Below are positions 24,613-31,721 of a stretch of 31,721 nucleotides of DNA, one piece after another. This stretch comes from a virus (taxonomy: Duplodnaviria > Caudoviricetes). A program made the translations under genes and the position numbers. Location: IMG/VR virus record IMGVR_UViG_3300020416_000036, positions 1 to 31,721 of that record, one strand, 5' to 3'. A model generated the notes under the pieces. That model worked only from the letters and a program-made list of their open reading frames with translations. It was not told where the DNA came from and made no database searches. Numbering within the stretch: position 1 is the stretch's first letter; each line of letters starts with the position of its first letter.

Positions 24613-25023
24613 ATGGAATTTAACATAAGACCATTGAACGACACTGACTATGAAGAAGTTCTTGTAGGCTGGTGGCGAGATTGGAAATGGACGGCTCCAG
24701 TTCCTGCATTTTTACCCGATAACGGTAAAGGTGGCGTAATGGTTTTAGATAAAAACATACCTGTATGTGCAGGATTTATATATATGACTAATTCACAAGT
24801 AGCTTGGGTAGACTGGATTATATCTAATAAAGAGTATAAGAAAAAACCACATCGAAAAGAGGCTTTGACATTACTCATTAAAACATTAACAAACATCTGC
24901 AAGGATAGCGGCAAAAAATTCAGCTATGCTCTTTTAAAAAATAAAAGTTTAATAAAAACGTATGAGAACTTGGGATACACCGCAGCAGATAATTACTCAC
25001 AAGAAATGATAAAATTATTATAA
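24613..25023 (+). CDS. GNAT-fold (acetyltransferase-like) protein
   Basis: IRPL..TDY start, PVCAGFIY, AWVDWIISNKEY, and LIKTYENLGY (GNAT motif B-like YxxLGY/F). It sits in the slot of T7 gp13/P22 gp14, between the nozzle and ejection genes. Confidence 0.7.
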   Translation: MEFNIRPLNDTDYEEVLVGWWRDWKWTAPVPAFLPDNGKGGVMVLDKNIPVCAGFIYMTNSQVAWVDWIISNKEYKKKPHRKEALTLLIKTLTNICKDSGKKFSYALLKNKSLIKTYENLGYTAADNYSQEMIKLL

Positions 25024-25024
25024 T

Positions 25025-25780
25025 ATGGCAGCAGCAACAGCAATCATAGGAACCACATTAGCTGTAGGTGGAGCAGCAATGAATTTTGCTCAAGCAGCAA
25101 AACAAGGAAAGCTTCAGCGACAAGCAGAACAAGAAGCCGATAAAGCTATGGCGGCTGCTCGTAGTGAATTAGAAAAAAACTTTTACAAGGGATTAGATAT
25201 TAATCTTAAATCATTTGAAAGGGAACGAGATTCATTGGCCAGACAAGGCCAACAGATACTTCAAGCTGGTCAAGAATCAGATAGAGGTGCAGCAGCAGTA
25301 GCGGGAAGAGTAATGTTAGGAGCTCAGCAAGGAGAACAAAACATTACTGACCGACAAATAGATGCTTTAGAAAAATTAGAGCAAACGGTAGCGCAGGAAG
25401 AGTCAAGATTAGCTACGTCTAGAGCCCGTTTAGATTTAGCTGAAGTCGAAGGAGCTCAAGAGGCGGCGGCGGAAGCTGCTAAAAATCAAGCAGCAAACAT
25501 CAGCGCGGGGATACAAGGGCTAGGAGCAGCTGCCACAGGTCTTTCAGCTTCTTCCGAGCTATATGGTTCAAAAGGAGCTAGACAAGCAGCTAGAACCGCT
25601 CGGCAAGTTGATGCGGGCAAAATACTTCCTAACAGCGGCCTAAAGATTAACCAGAACGCTTTACAAGATCAGCTCAGAGGTGGTGGAATTGATGGTTCTG
25701 GTGACGCTTTATCTAAAGGAGGCGGGGTATTCCAAAACATATTTCAAGGAGTCACAGGTTTATTTAAAGGAGGTAATTAA
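25025..25780 (+). CDS. Internal virion/ejection protein 1 (T7 gp14/P22 gp7-like position)
   Basis: Hydrophobic Ala/Gly N-terminus (MAAATAIIGTTLAVGGAAM), Ala/Gln-rich coiled coil, Gly-rich C-terminus, no Cys. Confidence 0.7.
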   Translation: MAAATAIIGTTLAVGGAAMNFAQAAKQGKLQRQAEQEADKAMAAARSELEKNFYKGLDINLKSFERERDSLARQGQQILQAGQESDRGAAAVAGRVMLGAQQGEQNITDRQIDALEKLEQTVAQEESRLATSRARLDLAEVEGAQEAAAEAAKNQAANISAGIQGLGAAATGLSASSELYGSKGARQAARTARQVDAGKILPNSGLKINQNALQDQLRGGGIDGSGDALSKGGGVFQNIFQGVTGLFKGGN

Positions 25781-25790
25781 AAAATAAATA

Positions 25791-27800
25791 ATGGCAACGT
25801 ACTACAAGTATAAATCGAGAGAAGGTGAAGATCAGATAGACTGGAGAGGTATTACTCAAGGGATTACTGATGATATGAATCGGATCGCTAAAGAGCGTGC
25901 GGATAAGAAAGAAAAAATAGACAAGGAAGTCCTCACTAATCTCGAAACTTTAGCAGACAAGCCTCAAGGTCAAGACGCTGGACAGAATCAAATTATTGCC
26001 AACTATGCCGAACAAGCCTCAGCTGTTGCTTTGGCAAATCAAAAACTTTTAAAATCAGGAGCTATAACATTAAAAGAATATACCGCCAGAACTAACACTG
26101 CGGGCTCTTCCACAAAAAAACTTTTTAATCTTTCTAAAAAGTACCAAGAGAATTATCAGAAACACATGGACTCTTTGAAGCCGGATGAAAATGGGAAAAT
26201 ACAAGGTAGCGGATTAGGAGCTGTATTTTTAAAACAAGTAGAAACATTTAGCAATCCCGACACTACTCGATATTATATGGATCCTACCACAGGTGAGGCA
26301 TTTCTTGCTAAAGTAGGAAGTGATAAAACTACACCAGGACAAGTAGCAACCATAGATGGCAAAGCATATTCATTGATGGATGTAGGAGCAGCCGGTGATA
26401 TTATATCTAGAGATGTTAACAGGTATCAGTCAAATGATGTTGCTACAAATTTAGCTGACCAAGCGGGAGCTTATGTGGATGTCATTATGACTGGAGATAT
26501 TAAAACTAAAGAAGATGCTTTTGCAAGAATGTTTGCGGTAGATGAAAAAGGAAATTTAGTAGAAGAGGGTATCACTGAAGAAGGTAAAGCTATTATGACT
26601 CAAATTAAGGCAACCTTTGCTTCGGATATGGATTATGCTAGTATGCTATACGACACGCTAGGCAAAGAGCCAATAGCAAAAGACACAAAGGGTGAAGGGT
26701 ATACTAACATTTTAACAGGTAAAGAGTATACTGGAAAGGTTGAGGACGCTATATTATTTGAAACCGTTAACGGTCAGCAGCAACCCAAGATAACCGATGA
26801 GCAGAAAAAAGAAGCTGAAATGGGTGTGCTTAAACAAATTAGAACCAAGCTTGATATTAAGGAGACTGCGCGAACTGAATTTCCTCCTCAAAAACCACCA
26901 AGGGACACAGCTGCTGATAAAAGCGCTAGGGCATTAAGGACTAAAGAAATAGGGTATTTAAAAAGTATTGATAATGCAATATCAGGTGACCCTACCACAG
27001 CTCAAGCCTCTATTGATGCAATGATTGTAGGGGCAAATGCTATATATGGTAAATCTCCTGGATTAGCAGAAATAGAAGACGCTGTAAGGTCTGAGGATGG
27101 GAACACTTTAACTGTAACTCGAATAGATCAAGACGGCTTAAAGTCAACTACTCCGTATGATATTTCTGATCCTAACAAAGCAGGGGAAGTTATGGTGGAG
27201 CTTTTCTTTCCAAATGTTAAAGGCTCTTATGAGGAATTGTTACAAGATTTTAACAAACAAGAAGGAGGTTTTACAACTCGAAAAATTAAAAATCCTAAGT
27301 ACGACCCTACAAAATTAGATGACAAAGGGTTGCCTGTAGAGCCACAATTTATAGACAACCCTAATTACAAAGGTCAATCTGCGGCTGGTAAAACAAAGCA
27401 AAAAATTACATCGAAGAAGGATTTTGAAACCGCTACGGTATTAGGAAAAACTCCTGCGGGAAACAAAAAGTTAAAAGACATTATAGAAAAACTAGATGTA
27501 GGCACTTACCTGACGTACCGTAATGCGCCTTTGGAAAGATCTAAAGCAATGAGTCAAGGTGCCGAAGCGGCGTTTTCTATTTTAAAAGAGGATTTTCCGG
27601 ATTTAAATATACAGTCTACCCCCACCAACAAAGGGCTGGAAATAAAAGCTCCTGGTATATTTGAAGGAACGCTTTTACTAGACAATAAATATACTTTTGA
27701 TGGAACAACAAAACAAAAATTTACTAATGCGATAAAAGACTTATTTAATTCTATTGCCAAAGGACTTCCATTTGACGTTTCAAAACACAATAAAAAATAA
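25791..27800 (+). CDS. Internal virion/ejection protein 2
   Basis: 669 aa, helical and charged, Cys-free, second of three successively larger genes after the GNAT gene. Confidence 0.6.
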   Translation: MATYYKYKSREGEDQIDWRGITQGITDDMNRIAKERADKKEKIDKEVLTNLETLADKPQGQDAGQNQIIANYAEQASAVALANQKLLKSGAITLKEYTARTNTAGSSTKKLFNLSKKYQENYQKHMDSLKPDENGKIQGSGLGAVFLKQVETFSNPDTTRYYMDPTTGEAFLAKVGSDKTTPGQVATIDGKAYSLMDVGAAGDIISRDVNRYQSNDVATNLADQAGAYVDVIMTGDIKTKEDAFARMFAVDEKGNLVEEGITEEGKAIMTQIKATFASDMDYASMLYDTLGKEPIAKDTKGEGYTNILTGKEYTGKVEDAILFETVNGQQQPKITDEQKKEAEMGVLKQIRTKLDIKETARTEFPPQKPPRDTAADKSARALRTKEIGYLKSIDNAISGDPTTAQASIDAMIVGANAIYGKSPGLAEIEDAVRSEDGNTLTVTRIDQDGLKSTTPYDISDPNKAGEVMVELFFPNVKGSYEELLQDFNKQEGGFTTRKIKNPKYDPTKLDDKGLPVEPQFIDNPNYKGQSAAGKTKQKITSKKDFETATVLGKTPAGNKKLKDIIEKLDVGTYLTYRNAPLERSKAMSQGAEAAFSILKEDFPDLNIQSTPTNKGLEIKAPGIFEGTLLLDNKYTFDGTTKQKFTNAIKDLFNSIAKGLPFDVSKHNKK

Positions 27801-27805
27801 CGCCA

Positions 27806-30800
27806 ATGGAAGAAATATACATTACTCCGAATGGTTTAGAATTAACTGAATCTGAGTTACGTCAAGAATATGGAGACAGATTTGATGAATTTGTAGCACA
27901 AGGATTATTAAAAAAAAAATCTATCAATCAGGCTGTCTCTCCTGAAGGGGAGGTTATAGCTGAAGAACAGAGTGTTACTCCAGAAGAAGAGTTTAGCCCT
28001 GGGGATTTAGAGGTTTTAGAAAAAGATTTAGTGTTTGGGCAAAACCAGACACCAACTAATGAGCCGCCTGTCGAAACTCAAGAGGTTGTTTCTGAGACTA
28101 CAGAAGAATCATTTGTTATTCCCGAAGTTTTAGAAGAAGATCCCCAAACTATTTCCGCTGATGAAATTAAAAAACAAAGAGAGTTTTTAGAAACTCAAGG
28201 CGTAAATGTAGATGCTGAATTAAGAGAGAGAAAATTTGGAAACAAAGATACTACGGGTAATGAAGAAGGAGATATAAATTTAATATATAATAGTTATATT
28301 ACCACCAACGCGTCTCAAGATATAGTTACTGACTTAGAGTCTAATCTTTTAAAACCTCTTATGCGTACTGAAGAAGTTGATGTTGAAGTTACACCGCCTT
28401 CTATAGATGAAAAAATACTAGAAAAACTTGCAATCGATGCTGAAGATTACGCTAAATGGGCCGCTCAATCTTTAAGAGAAGAATCTGCCTCGTATAAGTT
28501 TTTAAAAGAAGCTTTGCCTACCGAAGAGGGAGCTCAGTTTGAACAAGAAAAAAAAGACTCTGAGCGCGTTCTTTCTTATAAAATGGAGATAATGAATAAT
28601 CTCAGACAGGATATAGCCACCATTGATTCACGTCTTCAATTAGTAACAGACCCTAAAGATAAGCTGAAGCTTTTAAACATAAAGCGTAAATTAGAAACCT
28701 CTCTAATAGATCAAACTAAAATATTAGGCAAAATGGGAGAGCTGTTTCCTAAGTTTAAGGAGTTTACTTATGATTTGGATTTAGAAAGAAGAAAAAAAAT
28801 ATATAACGCTGGACAAAAAGGCGGGGCAGTAAGAGTGTTAACTGAACTCGGAGAAACCGCAAAAACTATACCCACAACAATAGCAGATTTTGCTCTTAAT
28901 ACAGCGGCCGTAGTAACATCTTTGCTAGATCAGGGTATTGCAGCTGCTGGAGGAGATAAAAAAGGAGTTTTAGCTGGTATTACCGAGATGTTGTTAGATA
29001 GCAGTCAGGCTTTAGATATTGAAATAGGGCCCGTAAAAAGATCGGGTGTCACAGAAGGAAAGCCTGTAACGGTGGGGGGCAACGAGTATATAGTAACAGA
29101 GGAAGGCGATGTTATTGATCCTATTACTAATGTAAGTATGATAGGTATAATTTCAGACGATAAGCTTGCGCTAATAAAAGAACGCGCAAAAAATGTTAAG
29201 TTTTCTGAAACCAATTTCAGTGGAGGAAGTTTACTTCAAGGAGGAGTGCAAACTCTTGCTAATCTTTTTGCTTTAATAAAAGGGGGTCAAAGATTTGCAA
29301 AAGCGGCTGGGGTTTCTCCCAGCGTTGGAATGGGATTAGCTTCCTATTCAAGCACCGCTGCTCAAGCTGTAGAGGATATGAAGCAAGATTTAATAAATGC
29401 AGGGCTAACTGAAAAGGAAGCTTTAGATAAAGCAGCTATTGCTGGAAACGCTATTGCTACTTTAGATGGTGTATTCTCGGCTTTGGCGGGGGATAACAAA
29501 AAAATATTATTTAGTCTTCAAGGGTTTAGAACGGCTATAATTAATGCAGTAAAAAAAGATGGAGCTAAATTTACTAATGATCAATTAAAACAAAAAGCCA
29601 AAGATTTAGCTAAAGAAAATTTTAAAGAAGTTGTAATAGAAGAATTACCTGTGTTGTTTTCGGAAAAAGGAATCAACGCTTTGGTTAATGAGGTAGTGGA
29701 TACAGAAGTTAGGTCAAGTAAAGTTAAAGACAGTGAGATAATAGAAACAATAATTTTAACTCTCGGAGCTACAACCGCTTTAGGATCAAAAAATTTATTA
29801 ACTAAAAACAAAAGATCAGACGCTCTTCGTTATGTGGCTAGAAATGTAAATGATTTAGAGGGGACTATTAAAAAATTAGTAGACAATAATAATATAACTG
29901 AACAAGAAGGAAAAGAAGTGTATGATGAAATCTATGCGATGCAGACTGCAGAGAATAGAACTAAAGGGACAATAGTTAATTCTGACAACATGTTAGAAGT
30001 TTCTGATTTGTTGAACCAGCGTCAACGCTTGATTGATCAGAAAAAAGATTTAGAGGGTCCTTTAGCTGAAGAAATTGACCAAAAAATTGCGGATGTAGAT
30101 GAGCAAATAAACCAAGCTAAAGAAAGAGACAACGAGCAAAATAAAATAAAAGATAAAGTTGTCACAAGCGAACAAGAAGTAAGAGAGTCCTTAGCTAAGA
30201 AAGGGGTTGAGAATCCTACGCCAGAACAGCTTATTGAAGAGTCTGATTTAATTACCAATCAAAAACTAAAAGACAAGGAAAAGAAAGTACCTGAAAAAAT
30301 AGTTGATGAAGGTAAAATTAAAGTAGAAGAAAAAATTCAAGTTGAAGAAAAAATTGAAGATGACCCATCGATAGAGGTTGTTATTGAAGAAGGTAAGCCT
30401 TTAACCGTTAATGAAAACAAAACACTTTTTAAATCTATTCGAGACCCTAAAACGCCATTAGAAACAAGAAGAAAAGCATTCGTTGATATTATAAATAAAA
30501 TTAAAACTAAAGGTAAAGTAGCAGCTCGAAGAGCTAAATCTTTAATTAAAGAAGTAGAAAAGCTTAACTATAAAAATCCTGTAATAGTAGAGCGAACTAT
30601 TCAAAAGATTACTAAAACTTTTGAAAAAGCAAACAATGTAGAAGCTTTGACTGTAGCAAACAAGACTAAAAAACAAATAAAGAAAGCAGCCAATAATAAA
30701 AATTTAGACGCTAATGTCTCGACGGCAGCGAAAGAGTTTTTAAGAATTGATCCACTGACAGTAGATAATTTGGCGGAGTATCAACAAAAAGCCGACGAGT

Positions 30801-31720
30801 TGCTCCAAGGACTTAGGTCTACTAGAAGAACAAAGACAGGGGTAAAAGTAGCGCCAGCTGTTGATATTAAATCGACAGAAGAATATTCTGCCAAAGAAAT
30901 TGAGGCGCAAGATAAGAGACAGGCTCAGTTAGAAGCAGATGCTTTTGAGGCTTTGACAGGAGTGCCTCCTAAAGATTTATCATTAAGTGAGGTTCGTGAT
31001 ATAATTTATAATGAAGAGACAACTGAAGAGGCGAAAAAAACTAAAGCGGAAAAGAAAAGAAAAGTAATATTTGATGCTTTGAAAAATGCATTTAGTGTGT
31101 ATACTGCCGTTGTAGATGAACAATTAAAAACCAAAACAGATCCTTTTAAAAGAGACCTGGATACTGGAGAAAAAATTGAAATAACTGCAGATCAAAAACG
31201 AATAGTAAGGGCCTTTATGAACATGGATTTAAATGTTCTAACAGATCAAGAAGCTTTACAAGCGTTAGACTCTTTAATTAATTTTGCTACTAACGCCTCT
31301 ACTGGAGGAATGGAAGCCGTAGTAAGTAATTATGTAGGGCGAACTAATTTAGTCAAAGCAATAAAAGATGGCCTTAAGGGCATTTCTTTAAATGCTGCTG
31401 GAAATTTCTGGTCGTCAAATATTGCTTCAGTTCCCTTAATGCTAGAAATGATTTTTAAGGGACAGTCACGAGCTGCCAAAATTTTATCTCTTTCAGGCTT
31501 TCAAGATGTGGTAAATGGCGCCGCTAAAGCAGAAACACAAACCCGACAAATTGAAGAAAATTATGTTAAGAAATTTGATAAATCTAAGCCAAACGGAGAA
31601 GCGTTCAATACCTCCCTAAATATGATTGAACGCGGAATGTTTGCCTTTATGAGGAGAACATTAGTAGGGACAGAAGCGGAGCAACAACAAGAGTTTGAAA
31701 GAAAGAAAGCTTTAATTTTA
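27806..31720 (+). CDS. Giant internal virion/ejection protein 3, 3'-truncated (at least 1305 aa)
   Basis: Absent from the track because it has no stop in the window. ATG at 27806 (MEEIYITPNGLELTESELRQEYGDRFDEFVAQGLLKKKS...) stays open to the end (...EFERKKALIL). Acidic N-terminus, Gly/Ala hydrophobic stretches and long Lys/Glu helical regions. Confidence 0.8.
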   Translation, partial: MEEIYITPNGLELTESELRQEYGDRFDEFVAQGLLKKKSINQAVSPEGEVIAEEQSVTPEEEFSPGDLEVLEKDLVFGQNQTPTNEPPVETQEVVSETTEESFVIPEVLEEDPQTISADEIKKQREFLETQGVNVDAELRERKFGNKDTTGNEEGDINLIYNSYITTNASQDIVTDLESNLLKPLMRTEEVDVEVTPPSIDEKILEKLAIDAEDYAKWAAQSLREESASYKFLKEALPTEEGAQFEQEKKDSERVLSYKMEIMNNLRQDIATIDSRLQLVTDPKDKLKLLNIKRKLETSLIDQTKILGKMGELFPKFKEFTYDLDLERRKKIYNAGQKGGAVRVLTELGETAKTIPTTIADFALNTAAVVTSLLDQGIAAAGGDKKGVLAGITEMLLDSSQALDIEIGPVKRSGVTEGKPVTVGGNEYIVTEEGDVIDPITNVSMIGIISDDKLALIKERAKNVKFSETNFSGGSLLQGGVQTLANLFALIKGGQRFAKAAGVSPSVGMGLASYSSTAAQAVEDMKQDLINAGLTEKEALDKAAIAGNAIATLDGVFSALAGDNKKILFSLQGFRTAIINAVKKDGAKFTNDQLKQKAKDLAKENFKEVVIEELPVLFSEKGINALVNEVVDTEVRSSKVKDSEIIETIILTLGATTALGSKNLLTKNKRSDALRYVARNVNDLEGTIKKLVDNNNITEQEGKEVYDEIYAMQTAENRTKGTIVNSDNMLEVSDLLNQRQRLIDQKKDLEGPLAEEIDQKIADVDEQINQAKERDNEQNKIKDKVVTSEQEVRESLAKKGVENPTPEQLIEESDLITNQKLKDKEKKVPEKIVDEGKIKVEEKIQVEEKIEDDPSIEVVIEEGKPLTVNENKTLFKSIRDPKTPLETRRKAFVDIINKIKTKGKVAARRAKSLIKEVEKLNYKNPVIVERTIQKITKTFEKANNVEALTVANKTKKQIKKAANNKNLDANVSTAAKEFLRIDPLTVDNLAEYQQKADELLQGLRSTRRTKTGVKVAPAVDIKSTEEYSAKEIEAQDKRQAQLEADAFEALTGVPPKDLSLSEVRDIIYNEETTEEAKKTKAEKKRKVIFDALKNAFSVYTAVVDEQLKTKTDPFKRDLDTGEKIEITADQKRIVRAFMNMDLNVLTDQEALQALDSLINFATNASTGGMEAVVSNYVGRTNLVKAIKDGLKGISLNAAGNFWSSNIASVPLMLEMIFKGQSRAAKILSLSGFQDVVNGAAKAETQTRQIEENYVKKFDKSKPNGEAFNTSLNMIERGMFAFMRRTLVGTEAEQQQEFERKKALIL

Positions 31721-31721
31721 G

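Noticed and set aside
4219-27800. Stop-codon reassignment as in some crAss-like phages
   Set aside because: Genes are full length and densely packed under the standard code. TAG ends TerL, portal, MCP and the GT at sensible positions.
422-30258. All minus-strand ORFs in the track (e.g. 1804-2208, 23963-24319, 19375-19644)
   Set aside because: Each lies antisense to a well-supported + strand gene and shows no recognisable motifs. They are shadow ORFs.
27806-31721. Virion RNA polymerase call for the giant ORF
   Set aside because: No DxDxD catalytic motif in an RNAP-like context in the visible 1305 codons.
1-31721. tRNA genes, CRISPR arrays, DGR template/variable repeats
   Set aside because: Intergenic gaps are under about 100 nt and are accounted for by promoters or terminators. 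I saw no cloverleaf, spaced direct repeats or long near-identical repeat pair by eye. A tRNAscan-SE run and a self dot-plot would confirm.

Overview
AT-rich bacteriophage late (virion morphogenesis) region. Every credible gene is on the + strand. The order is: 5'-truncated LamG-domain fibre gene; lysis cassette (membrane proteins and an M15 peptidase endolysin); GroES-like protein; putative TerS; TerL; ~800-aa portal; acidic scaffold-like protein; major capsid protein; ring/adaptor proteins; 1908-aa tail nozzle ('muzzle/stabilisation') protein; GNAT-fold protein; three ejection-type proteins, the last running off the 3' end. Gene order, protein sizes, TAnnTTTG promoter boxes and leaders lacking a Shine-Dalgarno sequence point to a crAss-like/Crassvirales-related podovirus of a Bacteroidota (probably Flavobacteriia) host. 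This is inference; no searches were run. The most unusual part is about 18.3-24.6 kb. The tail nozzle gene appears split, and the gap holds ~1400 aa of Cys-rich modules with Pro/Thr linkers plus a GT60-like (Gnt1-type) polypeptide GlcNAc transferase, a candidate phage-encoded virion O-glycosylation system. Also notable: a 5-nt-periodic (YWAAT)3-4 element running into five start codons, a tandem GroES protein, a nested domain duplication and several small ORFs missing from the ORF track. No tRNA, CRISPR array or mobile element was seen.
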